From Octopus vulgaris (lineage: Eukaryota), in the NCBI GenBank assembly GCA_951406725.2, contig OX597819.1, positions 65,224,001 through 65,288,000 on the forward strand: 64,000 nt of DNA, read 5' to 3'. Below the pieces are notes generated by a model. The model made no database searches. It worked only from the letters and a program-made list of their open reading frames with translations, and was not told the origin of the DNA. How positions within the stretch are numbered: position 1 is the stretch's first letter; the number at the start of each line of letters is the position of its first letter. Both the position numbers and the translations under genes were made by a program. Positions 43,826 through 57,637 of the stretch are shown here, piece after piece.

Positions 43826-44209
43826 AGCCAAACCGGAACAGATATTTTTCACGAGGCATTCTCATTGCTACCTCGTCAATATCTGACCTAAAATTTTCAA
43901 ATCGTCGCACTCGCGCCAAATTTATCGGCAGCAAATAAATATAAGCCGCCGATTCCATTACGGAATTAACCAGAAAATTCATAATTAATCAATATAGGGT
44001 GGCAAAAAAATTTTGTAGAATTCTTTTGCCTCCAGCGGCCTAGTGGGAAAAAATTAAATAGTCATAAACCATTTTTAAGTTCAACATTAACAATCAAGGA
44101 ACGGCCATAATAGGCCATTCACCCACTAGAAATAACAGCCAAAAGCTTTAACCGCAAAATAACGTCAATTCCGTAAACCAGGAGAAAATTGAAAAACATT
44201 TACCCTGTA

Positions 44210-44316
44210 ATTTCTTAGACGATGCACCGTTTCATCTTCTGTTTAATGGAAAACTAACCTGATTAAATTAAATCAAGCCAATCTACCATAGGCCCTTAGA
44301 TTCATCAGTAAGAAAT
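44210..44316 (-). ncRNA. Type I hammerhead ribozyme, copy 3
   Basis: Same sequence as copy 1. Confidence 0.88.
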
Positions 44317-44701
44317 AGCCAAACCGGAACAGATATTTTTCACGAGGCATTCTCATTGCTACCTCGTCAATATCTGACCTAAAATTTTCAAATCGTCGCA
44401 CTCGCGCCAAATTTATCGGCAGCAAATAAATATAAGCCGCCGATTCCATTACGGAATTAACCAGAAAATTCATAATTAATCAATATAGGGTGGCAAAAAA
44501 ATTTTGTAGAATTCTTTTGCCTCCAGCGGCCTAGTGGGAAAAAAATTAAATAGTCATAAACCATTTTTAAGTTCAACATTAACAATCAAGGAACGGCCAT
44601 AATAGGCCATTCACCCACTAGAAATAACAGCCAAAAGCTTTAACCGCAAAATAACGTCAATTCCGTAAACCAGGAGAAAATTGAAAAACATTTACCCTGT
44701 A

Positions 44702-44808
44702 ATTTCTTAGACGATGCACCGTTTCATCTTCTGTTTAATGGAAAACTAACCTGATTAAATTAAATCAAGCCAATCTACCATAGGCCCTTAGATTCATCAG
44801 TAAGAAAT
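44702..44808 (-). ncRNA. Type I hammerhead ribozyme, copy 4
   Basis: Same sequence as copy 1. Confidence 0.88.
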
Positions 44809-45192
44809 AGCCAAACCGGAACAGATATTTTTCACGAGGCATTCTCATTGCTACCTCGTCAATATCTGACCTAAAATTTTCAAATCGTCGCACTCGCGCC
44901 AAATTTATCGGCAGCAAATAAATATAAGCCGCCGATTCCATTACGGAATTAACCAGAAAATTCATAATTAATCAATATAGGGTGGCAAAAAAATTTTGTA
45001 GAATTCTTTTGCCTCCAGCGGCCTAGTGGGAAAAAATTAAATAGTCATAAACCATTTTTAAGTTCAACATTAACAATCAAGGAACGGCCATAATAGGCCA
45101 TTCACCCACTAGAAATAACAGCCAAAAGCTTTAACCGCAAAATAACGTCAATTCCGTAAACCAGGAGAAAATTGAAAAACATTTACCCTGTA

Positions 45193-45299
45193 ATTTCTTA
45201 GACGATGCACCGTTTCATCTTCTGTTTAATGGAAAACTAACCTGATTAAATTAAATCAAGCCAATCTACCATAGGCCCTTAGATTCATCAGTAAGAAAT
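45193..45299 (-). ncRNA. Type I hammerhead ribozyme, copy 5 (array boundary coincides with the 5' strand of stem I)
   Basis: Same sequence as copy 1, directly abutting (TA)n at 45300. Confidence 0.88.
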
Positions 45300-45351
45300 A
45301 TATATATATATATATATATCTTTCTGTAGATAGTGAGATAGTTGTGTGTAA

Positions 45352-45399
<48 letters not shown>

Positions 45400-45677
45400 C
45401 TTTTATTCTTTTACTTGCTTCAGTCATTTAACAGTGGTCAAGCTGGAGCACCACCTTTAGTTGAACAAATCGACCACAGGATTTATTTTTTGCAAACTTG
45501 GTACTTATATCAGTTTCTTTTACCCAACAGCTAAGTTACAGTGGACGTAAGCACACCAACATCGGGTGTCAAGTGATGGTGACAAACACAAACACATAAA
45601 TATATATATATATATATACATATATATTTATTTACATATAGATACATATCTACATATATATATTTTTTTATACATAT

Positions 45678-45733
<56 letters not shown>

Positions 45734-45735
<2 letters not shown>

Positions 45736-46830
45736 CGTTTTTGTATTCTTATTTGTGCTTTCCTTATTGTTGTCACGTATTCTGTATTTTTATTCATGTA
45801 CATCGTTCGTTTTCTGTCCTTGTGTTGTATCCATACGAAGCTTTCTTCCAAGGGATCTAATGCGCTTGGCTTAGATTTCCCTTGGCGGCTGCCCAGATCG
45901 GAGCAATCTCAAGATTAATCAGCCGAAATTGCAAAGATGATCTGGTTCTTGACTGATGACTGAGGGCTTCGAATATCCCGTCCTGTGGTTCTTGTGTCGT
46001 CTCCTTGGTGTTTCATGTTCTTGTCCATGTTTGTATTTATTTTTTACTGTTTACATATATAACGGCGGCTTCGTATCTACAATCTTGTCCTTATACGTTA
46101 AGTATTTTTTCTCTAGCATTGATACGACTCTTGATCTGTCTCTTTCTCTCTCTCTCCCTCCCTTATTCCCCTCCTTCTTTCTCTCTCCATCCGTCCCCCC
46201 TCCTACGTTTCTCTATCTCTCCTACCTCCACTCCCCTCGAATTGTCTCTTTCTTCTCCTCCCTCGTCCACCCTCTCTCTCTCTCTTCATCTGTCCCTTTC
46301 TCCTGTCTTTTGTCCTCACGTGACCGCTAGCCACTGCTGGTCGCCCTTTTCGTTCCAGCAGTCGTCGAAGCAACACGTTTTTGTTCGTCTCCCGCGGCCA
46401 TTAGGCACAACTTCATAAGCCAGCCCCAACTCAACTCGTTCTGTCGAAAGACCCTTGTCCTACGTCCTGGTTTTGTTTTGTTTTTTATTTTATCCTTACC
46501 GTTATTGTTTTTACGTTTTTGTATTCTTATTCGTGCGTTCCTTATTGTTGTCACGTATTCTGTATTTTTATTCATGTACATCGTTCGTTTTCTGTCCTTG
46601 TGTTGTATACATTCGAAGCTTTCTTCCAAGGGATCTAATGTGCTTGGCTTAGATTTCCCTTGGGGGCTGCCCAGATCGGAGCAATCTCAGCCGAAATTGC
46701 GAAGATGATCTGGTTCTTGACTGATGACTGAGGGCTTCGAATATCCCGTCCTGTGGTTCTTGTGTCGTCTCCTTGGTGTTTCATGTTCTTGTCCATGTTT
46801 GTATTTATTTTTTACTGTTTACATATATAT
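45734..46830. mobile_element. Element with ~320-bp direct terminal repeats (pLTR/TRIM-like) between (TA)n tracts
   Basis: 45734-46060 closely matches 46512-46830; pyrimidine-rich non-coding interior. Confidence 0.65.
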
Positions 46831-46991
46831 ACGACGGGCGTCTTTCAGTTTCCTTCTACCAAATCCTCTCAGAAGAATTTGGTCGGGCCGAAGCTATAAT
46901 AGAAAAGAGTTTACCAATTTGCCACGCTCTGCGTCTGAACTCAGAAGCATGTGGTTGGTAAGCAAGATACTTACCACATAGCCACTCCTAT

Positions 46992-47068
<77 letters not shown>

Positions 47069-47178
47069 TGATCACTAGTACTTCCTAGCTCAAACTATTT
47101 TTGTCCAATCATACGCCATGTTCGACCGCTAAACCCACAAGTTATATTTTTATTCTCTGTGTTCATGTTCTCTTATTC

Positions 47179-47214
47179 CTTTCTGCTGAAGAGCGTAGGC
47201 TCGAAACGTAAAAG
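47179..47214 (+). ncRNA. Minimal hammerhead-like motif, variant core, in Penelope-like pLTR fragment
   Basis: CUUU-CUGCUGA-A-GAGC(GUAG)GCUC-GAAAC-GUA|AAAG. Confidence 0.5.
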
Positions 47215-48899
47215 ACTTTCACACTTTTCCGAGCGTGAAACTAATACCCCTGCTTGTTGTTCATACACCTGTCTTCATCTTTTGTTTTACTGTAAATCTC
47301 ATCTACACATATATGATTCAGGATGTGGTTATGTAATTAAATGCACATAATTACATTACGCACATACACACACACGTGTATAAGCATGTATGTATGCATA
47401 TACGTGTATGTGTATGAAATTCTTCTTCAATTTGACATACATTGTTTGAACAAAATGAATGAGACTACAAATTAAGTTTCATTTAATACAGTAGAAGTAG
47501 AAATTGTATATTATGGATGTTTCAGTTCTGGCTACATTCAAAATAATTATCGTCATTAATCAGCTGGTTAAGTCTATTTAAGTCGATGTTAATCATTTAC
47601 GCTTTTGTCGCGACTAATTCCAAATAATACGTTCTGATAGTTAAACATATTCTACAACGTAAAATTCACTGCCAAAATATAAATCTGAGCTCATTGTCTC
47701 TCTATCAATTTCCAGTTTTATTCTCTGTTTCTCACTCACTTGATATAGCAAACCGAGTTCATTTAACACAGTGTTTTCGAGATACCGACCTGGATTTATT
47801 AATCCTTTTTGCTTCTTACACACACACACACTTACACACATACATCACTAACAGCCACTTTTTCTTATTGTTATTTGCTTCTCTCTTGTATTATTTTTTC
47901 AATTGACTATTTACTGCACGCTTACACAGACCCCTACACCGTCCTTCTGACAGTTTGGGTGGGTTAGCTGATTCATGTATCTCTGTCTCTTCCATTGGAT
48001 TACGTCACCTAAGTCATTCGGAGTACGCCATTTCTGCATCTTTGATTGCGTATCTTATATATAAACAGACACACACAGATGTTTGGGATGTATCTAATTG
48101 AATATTTGTATAGAAGCGAATATGAGCGCTTACTTTACGCTCTTCTTGTGTGGCATATCTTGCACATTCGAGCTTTTAAAACTATGCTTTGACCAATATT
48201 TCTGTATATTCTGTGTCCACGTAAGTAAAATTTTCTGCAATATATATGCTAACATCTATTTTTTCCATTCTTCCAGACAGATGACGAGACTCATATGAAT
48301 TTTATTCTATAGATTGTTGCCCAAAAGTTCCATTAATTATTGCTGTCTACATTTTAAACGTAAATTTATTAACTCACATCATGTTAAACTCCACTCGCCC
48401 ATCAATTTCCCTTTTAAGTTACGATGGGAGCTTCAAAGTGTTTTTATTTATTTACGACATATACATAAAAGGTAAGCTAAGCGAATTACCACTTCATAAA
48501 TAAACATTCAATTTTTAACTAAGAATCAGGTGTTTCACATGTCAAGCATATGTACCGTTGTGAGTTTGTAAATATATACATGCATACATAAATATTTACA
48601 TACATGTATACATAGATTTTTACATAATGTATACATACATATTTACATACATGCATGCAAACATATAAATATTAAATGAGAGAGTGAAAGCCTGTGAGAC
48701 GGATACATTTAAATCCATTTCTGTATACGTGGTTTCATCAATAAGTATCTGTTTTGTTTTGCAATAGTTACGGAGGTAAGGCACGCAGAGTAAAGTCCCT
48801 AGACAGCGATTGACCTTGAAATCTCGTGTGCATGCGCACTAATTTTTGACGTTATAGCTCACTTCACCTGCTTACAGTAGTGCTTGGAATGAAAATGTG

Positions 48900-49440
48900 C
48901 AGACTATGATCTTTGCATTGACCATAAGAGAGAAAGTTGAGCAAAGAATCTGCATCAAATTTTGTAAAATCTTGTCGATACATGCTCAGACGCCCACACA
49001 AAGTTTTCAAAACGTTTTCATCGATCTCGACGCAATCAAGGAGATCCTGGGCAACTAAAACCTTTTAGTCAGCTGAAAGCACTATGGCCACAAATTTAGT
49101 AAACACGCATCTCATACAAAATTCTTTATTGAGAATGAACTGAACTGAAACGTAAAAGATCTGCACATCCTCTGATAACACACGGATGTTGATTTGATGA
49201 TTTCCCTCACAGATGCATGCACATTTATGATATTTTCTCCGTTCTATTGGTTGCGGGTTTCCCAGAACGTTTGTCAATATCGACATTTTTTCGACTATCT
49301 TGGAAATGTCTGAAACACTCGTACAATTGTGTGCGGCTCATGGACTCCTCTCCACACACTTTCTAGAACTTTGCGTAGGCCTCTGATCAGCTAACGCCAT
49401 GACAACTTTTTCTGTCATGGTCAATGCGACGATCACATGC
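48900..49440. mobile_element. Two mariner N-terminal remnants in opposite orientation
   Basis: Plus: KVEQRICIKFC near 48930-48965. Minus: IRVLSEDVQI..SVQFIL...MRCVFTKFVAIVLSAD. Confidence 0.6.
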
Positions 49441-49661
49441 TACACATTTTCTCTCCAAGCACTGCTGTAAAATGGGGAATTGAGCTAGAACGAGTCATAT
49501 TTTAACACGTCGAAGATTTTACGTACACTTGTCTATCTTAACTAAAACCTTTTCGCTTTAGTTACTTCGATCTTATATATTTTCGTTTTGTCAACTGTTC
49601 TACAATCTGATTCTCTTGTTTTCATGATATAAAAATAGGCAGAAATTGTTATCAGCTGTCT

Positions 49662-49698
<37 letters not shown>

Positions 49699-50864
49699 CA
49701 TTTAAATAGTTTTATAAACCACTCAGTGAGACATTTCCATATCAGGGAAGAACAAGAAAACCATAAAGGTCCTGAATTATTGCTCCATCTGAAAACAAGC
49801 AACTGTTCAACATACCCTGAGTGATCTGTACTGGTTTTTAATGTTCCTCTTAAATAGTTGACAAATATAGGCTAACGCTCATACGCTCGGAAACAGGGAA
49901 GAGAGGAGCGCAAGATCACATCTTCTAAAATATTGTTGGGGCAATGAAAAAGCTTTGAACGTCTTCCCGGACAATTAGGTTTCCACCCACTAAGGGAATT
50001 TCGTTACCGCACCTATGCTGAAGCTAAAATGATAAAAAATATATGCGTACACATCTAAAGCTCTTATACTCAGCTTTATCACACGTTAATTTCCTGCATC
50101 CAAAATGATATCGCAACTGTTAATATTATCTACTGAAATGTGATACATATCGTTAACTGAGTAAAATACGTGATATCCAAATAAAGTGTAATTTACTGAC
50201 GTGATCTTCGCATTCCCAAATCATGAAGAATTCATTTCTAACAACTTACAAAGTGTTTTCTACTATCAGTCTCTATGGATAAATTTACTTGAGTCAGACT
50301 ACAAGCACGCTTTTCGAAATACATGACCGAAACTTATATCTCTCCTGAGGTGGCAAGACCGGGAAATTTATAATTTCGTTCAAAATATAACACTCAAAAC
50401 AATACTTTCTAACTGTCTCCCTCCCACCCTTTGCCTCTGCCTTTGTCTCTCCATTTCTCTCATCATTTCTCCTTCCCACCGCATCCTCACCCTCTCCCTT
50501 TGTATCTCTGTATCTCAGACTCTGTGTGTGTCTCTTTCTCTCTTACTTTTGAACAGGAAATAGTGGTTTAAGCGTACATAGCTGCTGTCGTACTTTGCAG
50601 CTTTAAATTTAACTATTGACTTGTGAGCAGCAGATTAGCATGTACATGTATACTTATGTGTGTGTGTCTGCCTGTCTGTGTGACTTTGTTTTTCCCCACC
50701 CCATCGCTTAACAACTGCTTTTGGTGTATTTACGTCACCGTAACCTAGTGGTTAGGCAAAAAACCCAGGCAGCATATGTACGAGGCTTACAAGAAATAAG
50801 TTCTGGTGTGTATTTCTTCTTATATCGAGGCGGTACTCCAAAAGTAAAAAGAAGTTAATTTTAA

Positions 50865-51945
50865 AACGGCTGAAGAAAGCATTCCAACAGTGAAGAAAGG
50901 ATCCGTTAAGAGCTTGGGGCGTGTATACACTGGAACATTGTCAGGAGTCACGGGTTGCAAATTCTGAAACAAGCCGAAGATAGGTTAACATCAATCGATA
51001 GATCAAAAATACAAGGTAAATATAAAAAATGGTGCTCACAGTTCGGCTTGTATCCGCGCCTTTCGTGGCCACTTCTAATAAACGAGGTGACTCTCTCACG
51101 AGTTGAAATAATTGAAAGAAAGTGTAATGTGTTCATTAGAATGTGGTTAGGCCTACCTTGAATATTGAACAGTTCAGCACTCTATCAGAAAATAGGCTCA
51201 TTGCAGTTACCACTGTTAAAATTTAATAAACTAGTGAAGATACAAACGGTGATGATGATCAGGGAGTTGAAGGATATGTACATCAGTCTTAATCTGTCAG
51301 ATGTAAAATCAGCCACGAAGTAGAAAGCAGAAGCATAGAGTGACAATATTCTATCTTCACTTACGCACCGAGTTATGGTGGGTGCAATGCAAATTCGTGG
51401 AAAGGGACTTGGATTTGATGCAGATCGGTTCCTGACCGTTTGCAAGCATGATGCGTCAAAACAAAGAAAACAACGAGTAGAAAACTTTATCTGATCCAAT
51501 GCAACCAACAAAGACAGATGACGAAATGAGAGAAAAATATGTTGGAGTGAGATATGGAGGTGGACTACATCACGGTTAAATTTTCTGATTCATCCATCTT
51601 ATGATGTCTTGCCATCGCCTAAAAATCAAGTAAGACCAGAACGTCTCAGAAAATGATATATGCAGATGCGGAACAGTCGGAACACTGAAACATATTCCTA
51701 CCAACTGTTCACTGGCATTGAGATACAAAATGATATATGCAGATGCGGAACAGTCGGAACACTGAAACATATTCCTACCAACTGTTCACTGGCATGGAGA
51801 TACAATTTGTTCCTAAATGTTATCTCCAATGCTGTAAAGAAGCAAATTACTCTCAACAACATAGCAAACGAACTATTGAAAGAACCAACCAGAGTTATCA
51901 TTACATTCGTAATGGCTAGAAGAATATTCAACTATATCTCATAAC
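50865..51945 (+). mobile_element. Degenerate HERO-like RLE non-LTR retrotransposon fragment (RT thumb to CCHC knuckle)
   Basis: VKSLGRVY, GKYKKWCSQFGLYPRLSWPLL...ERKCNVFIRMWLGLP, CRCGTVGTLKHIPTNCSLA; several stops. Confidence 0.7.
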
Positions 51946-52184
51946 CAGTTGATCTAGCAAGCCGGGCCTCACTTCAATGAGATGAGGCGGTGCACAAGAA
52001 TGCTGCTTAGAAGTAGGCCTCGAAACGGCGCGTAATCTCTCCATACACGTGCTGGATACCTGTATGCGGAGCTTTCTACTGGTAACACTTGCACGAGCAA
52101 GATGTTTGCAAAACATGCACCTTTCCGTAATTTGGACGACAATTTGTTCACCACACGCAGTATATATATATATATATATATACA

Positions 52185-52481
52185 TATGAATCTATAAAAT
52201 GAAACTTAAGCTCGTTTATGTAAACATATATACGCGCAATGTATTACCAGGAAAAGAAAAAGAAAAATTAAGCGTCACTAAATATGACTGAGGTTGTGGA
52301 AGCGCCTACAATGCTAGGATTAAAAATGAAAACGCTTAATGTCCCATGAACGTCTCGAGAATGACTAGACTAGTTTTGCCCGTTTTGTAGGCATCATCAG
52401 CAGTGACTACTCAAACGGTCCATGTTTTGGCTAATGTTTATGTATATGCATATATATATCTATATCTATCTATCTATCTAA

Positions 52482-52545
<64 letters not shown>

Positions 52546-52592
52546 ATTGTATATATATATATAGAGAGAGAGAGACAGAGAGAGAGAGACAG

Positions 52593-52625
<33 letters not shown>

Positions 52626-52711
52626 AAGAGAGAGAGAGGAATAGTATACATAATGATATATGTATACATCTACAGAATATAAACATATATATGTGTATGT
52701 ATATATCTATG

Positions 52712-52796
<85 letters not shown>

Positions 52797-53157
52797 GTAT
52801 ATATATGTATATATATCTATCTATTTATTTATCTATATACATACATACATAAACATTAGCCAAACCATCGATCTTCTGAGTAGTCACTGTTGAATATGCC
52901 TACAAGATAGACAAAACTAGTCTAAACATTCTCGAGACGTTCCTGGAACTGTTGCCGCTAATGTCAGCGTATATATATTACACGGTTCGTTACAACATTA
53001 AGCGTTTTCTACTCTTATTTCTAGCATTGTAGGTGCTTCAGCACCCTCAGTCACAATGATAATTTAAGTTTTTTTTTTCCTTTTTGGTAATACGTTGCGC
53101 GTACGTATGTTTACATAAAAGAGATTCTGTTTTATTTTATAGATTTATTCATATATA
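52185..53157. mobile_element. Diverged foldback element with microsatellite spacer; decayed hammerhead in each arm
   Basis: 52185-52447 is inverted relative to 52845-53157. Minus motif near 52363-52404: ACUG-CUGAUGA-UGCC...GGCA-AAAC-UA-GUC|UAGU. Confidence 0.65.
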
Positions 53158-53567
53158 TTGTATGTACTGCAAAGGGAGTGGTTAGAGATTTCAAATTAGC
53201 AGTACAGAATAAAAGCTTTATCATCTGCAAACACAGAATACTGAAAAGATAGTTTGGTATACGGTGTAATTCTGTATTGTTCCACTGTGAACAGTCCTAC
53301 GAATAATCCATCGAGTGAGCAGTGCTGTTTAACGTACATATACAAGATTATATAAAGAATTTCGGTGTACGCAAAATTCAAAATATTGCCCGTCGGTCTC
53401 GTTGAGAGAAGGATAAATTTTCATTGTCATACATGTTTGTGTGTGTACTTTAGTTTCTAACAATATTTATTTTGCCTCGCATGAGAGAAGAGTTTATCTC
53501 TTATGTTAATGTGATGTTTATCTATATAACAGATTCATACAAGATGTCCCGCCGTGTGTTTAACAGC

Positions 53568-53609
<42 letters not shown>

Positions 53610-53661
53610 AGTGTGTGTGTGCGTGTGTGTATGTATATATTCATACATACATATATATATG

Positions 53662-53694
<33 letters not shown>

Positions 53695-53744
53695 CCTTAT
53701 ATATACATTCATAAATTTATATGTATATATTTATATATACATGC

Positions 53745-53794
<50 letters not shown>

Positions 53795-54281
53795 GTGCAT
53801 CCGAATATTTTCTTTAATTTCGAGTTTCTGTAAATGTATTTAGTTTATGAATACCGTAGGGGGATCATTCGTTTAGGGTCTACATCTGATTCTCATTGGG
53901 GAATGGTAATATTTACTTCAAAAGCATTGAATACACAGACATACACAGAATCATATATTTCTATATACATATCTATACATATACATACATACACAAATAC
54001 AAACTCATTTACATATGTAGGACTGTAAACATGACATCATAGGATCGATTCTTAAGCTACCTGTGAGTGCTTTTCTTGGGTAACCCGCTTCATCTCGTTT
54101 GATGTATATATAAATAGATCTACTTAAACAAGGAATCATGCATACACACACAACCACATACTCCTTACAAATACAGACGAACATGCATCCATACATCAAA
54201 TATATATATATATATATATCGAGAGAGAGAGGGAAAAAGAGGCAGAGAGAAAGAGAAAGCGACAGGCCAGCAGATAGATAT

Positions 54282-54429
<148 letters not shown>

Positions 54430-55444
54430 GTAACTTCCATCAGAAACTGCTTGAAGACGGAATAAAGCTAGGTCGTCAGCAGGTTCTGTGCTTTGGATTT
54501 CAGTGATGTTTGGCTCCTGCTTTCCCGGAACAGAGTGATGTTGCTAAAGAAATAATCAGTCTCATCACCATTGCTGGCGGTGCTATTGTCCTCATTTGGT
54601 CTAAATTAGAGCTCTCTTTAAGATGGTATCTATGGTGTTCGTTACTCTTCTAACTTGGCTGTTATTACATTGCTCCAACCAGAACAGGCAAAACTTGGAG
54701 TGGAAGGTAGCGGCCATCTGACACTGCAGGTCTTCTCGGGGAAGCCCAAACTGTCAGTTTTGCATCTACAAGAGGACTGCAGTACAGGAAATGACCGTAG
54801 CCGATGGTTAAGCTAAATCCTACCTGTCAGTATATAAAAGTTACCATAGGAATCAGTATGCAGATTCAGTAAAATGGTAATGTGAAATTTATAAAATAAC
54901 GATAGTTGCTATACGTAATCTAAAGCCAAAAAAAAATTTCCAATTTCACTAATAATGACTCAGAGTGCACTGTAGCATCAACATTGTTAAATACAAAAGT
55001 CAAAGAAACTTATACCCACAAAAAGCACAAGTTTTTCTACTGACAGGGTTGATAACCACTCGGCAGCAAGTGAGGCTAAAGCATGTATATATATAATCGG
55101 TAGCACATACATAGTGTATGTGTTTCTCGTACCATCCGAATTTGCTGCAGGTTAAGTCCTGGAAAAGCTTCCCAAACGACGCTGTGTTAAAGAATACTTG
55201 AATGTCACAGATCAAGCGAAACAGCTCGCCTCCAAATGTTAGAAACCGATATTACTTCCCCAGTATTATGCCTTATGAACACCAGGTACGCACATAATCT
55301 TGAAATAAAGTTAATTGCTCGTTCTGAGGTATACGCAAATTATACGCAAAATGTATGGACTAAAAGTAACTCTAGTAACATTGTCAGTCGAACAAACAAT
55401 GTATGTTTTGAGTATGCACTAATATATATATATCTATATATGAA

Positions 55445-55477
<33 letters not shown>

Positions 55478-55780
55478 GTTACAATTTTCAGAAAACCAAA
55501 GGCGCGTCATGTATGTATGTATGTATGTATGTATGTATGCATGCATGCATGTGCATACGTACGTATGTATGTATGTGCGTATTATTACACAGCAAAGCTT
55601 CACAAATTTTTAATTCGTTTTTCATCGTTTTCACATAAGTTTTCATAACGATACACTTCTTCATATATGTGTATACACATACATACATACATACATACAT
55701 ACATACATACATACATACATACATACATACATACATACGTACGAAGGTACATATATACATACATACAGTCATACATACAC

Positions 55781-55813
<33 letters not shown>

Positions 55814-57245
55814 CGTGTGTGTACACACCAGTTGGCATGATTCGCTCAAGGAAACAGCCAAGCTAACAAATAGGAAGCAAGTCTATCGATAATAAACTTG
55901 CAATAGTGTCCGCGCCAAGAATCGAAAATGCTCTTGACACCAATACCAAGCTACATAAAATGAATCTGATTCCCCAGTGCTTCGTTATACGAGTCTGGAA
56001 TTCAACACAACAACTTGTTTCACATTGAAAATATGTTCAAAGGTAATATTCCCGCTAGTACATTATTTGCAATATTTCATTCTTTATACTGCTTCTGAAT
56101 TTATTTTGTTTTAAACTCTGTATTGTTTGTGTCTATGCACTTTTATTATTGCATGATAACAATTACTCACGGGTGCGCCAGTGATGGTTTTTAATATTTT
56201 TGTGTTTGCATTGTATTTAATGTTCATGTAATCATGTGTAAACGATGTGATGTTAATTAAAATTGTCGAAACTGGTTTCGAATTTTGGCATAGGGTCAGA
56301 AATAATGGAGGAGGAGCTAAGTCGATTACATCGACCCCTTTGTTCAAACGGTACGAAACGATGAAAGACAGAGTGGACAATGGCAGACCTTGGACGTAGG
56401 ATGGATGAAATACCACTAGGCATTTTCCCCGTTATGCTAACGATTCTCTCTGCCCACCGGGTAAGGAATTAGTTTCGAATTTTGACACAATGCCAGCAAT
56501 TTCGGTGAGTGGTCAATTTGATTACATTGACCACAGTGCATTACTGGTACATATTTCTTTGACATTGTAATATGAATATTATCTTTTAACAAATACCTTC
56601 GGAGTTCTAATTCCGCCGAGGTCGACGTTGTTTTTCATCCTCTCGGGGTCAAAAATAGAAGTGGTAATTGAAAACTGGATGTCTATATAATAGCCTTGCC
56701 CCAACCCAAAATTGCTGGCCTTGTACCAAAGAGTTTAAAATTAATATTACCTCTATCACACGCATATACAATGTATTAGTAAGACAAATGATTACACACA
56801 CCCCCACACATATACACTAATTTATATTTGTGTGTATGTGTACGTGTGTGTGTCTATATGATGTGTGTGTGTGGGGGGGTGTTTGTGCAGGGGGTGGTTG
56901 TGAAGGTGACTAACTTTTCGCTCTAACTAATTTGCTTCTTTCCCCTCAGGCCAAACACAAACATGTTTTCCTTTTCGAATCCCGTAGGGGTGGTATTTGC
57001 TTAAAGCTTCTATTTCTTTGTGTCGAGGGGATTGTGCAGTTGATTTCAAAAGAAATGAGAAAAAGTATTTACACACACGCATACACACACACACGCAAGC
57101 GAATACACACATGCACACACAACTGACATCCTCACACACAAACACACACACACAAATGTATATGTATATATACTTACACACGAACACACATTTATATGTA
57201 TGTATGCTTGTATGTATGTATATTTAAATGTATATTTTTTCTTTT

Positions 57246-57425
57246 ATGTGTTTCAGTCATTTGACAGCGGCCATGCTGGAGCACCGCATTTAGTGGAGCA
57301 AATCGACCCCAGGACTTGTTTTTCGTGAGCCTATCGTTGCTTCATGCCGAACTGCCAAATCACGGGGACGTATGCACAACAGCATCGGTTGTCAAACTAT
57401 TTTGTGGGGACAAACACAGACACAC

Positions 57426-57473
<48 letters not shown>

Positions 57474-57637
57474 ACGACGGACTTCTTTCAGTTTCCGTCT
57501 ACCAAATCCACTCACAAGGCTTTGGTTGGCCCGAGGCTATAATAGAAGACACTTTCTCAAAGTGTCACACCGTAGGACTGAACCCGAACCCATGTGGTTG
57601 GTAAGCAAGCTACATACCACACAGTGACTCCTGCGCC
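57246..57637 (-). mobile_element. SINE family A
   Basis: Reverse complement of 41802-42205. Confidence 0.8.

Larger units (their letters stand above)
43001..45300 (-). mobile_element. Tandem array (~4.7 copies of a 491-492 bp unit), candidate non-LTR retrozyme
   Basis: Unit starting TTAATCAATATAGGGTGGC recurs every 491-492 bp. The copies I compared differ only in A-run length. Both flanks are (TA)n and each unit has a hammerhead on the minus strand. Confidence 0.85.

Noticed and set aside
43290-44965. Four identical 66-aa minus-strand ORFs (MNFLVNSVMESAAY...)
   Set aside because: They are a by-product of the tandem unit, have no recognisable domain and overlap hairpins and the ribozyme core. 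Translation from a circle cannot be excluded but nothing supports it.
43001-45300. CRISPR array or plain satellite interpretation
   Set aside because: There are no variable spacers or cas genes and the context is eukaryotic. A plain satellite does not explain the intact ribozyme.
45953-45990. CTGATGA motif as a hammerhead core
   Set aside because: I could not find a correctly placed GAAA with supporting stems.
51651-51805. 77-bp tandem duplication of the CCHC-coding segment
   Set aside because: It shifts the frame within an already dead retrotransposon, so it is ordinary decay.
54441-54830. More GC-balanced island resembling coding DNA
   Set aside because: No ORF of 60 aa or more in the track and no recognisable motif; likely an old TE fragment.
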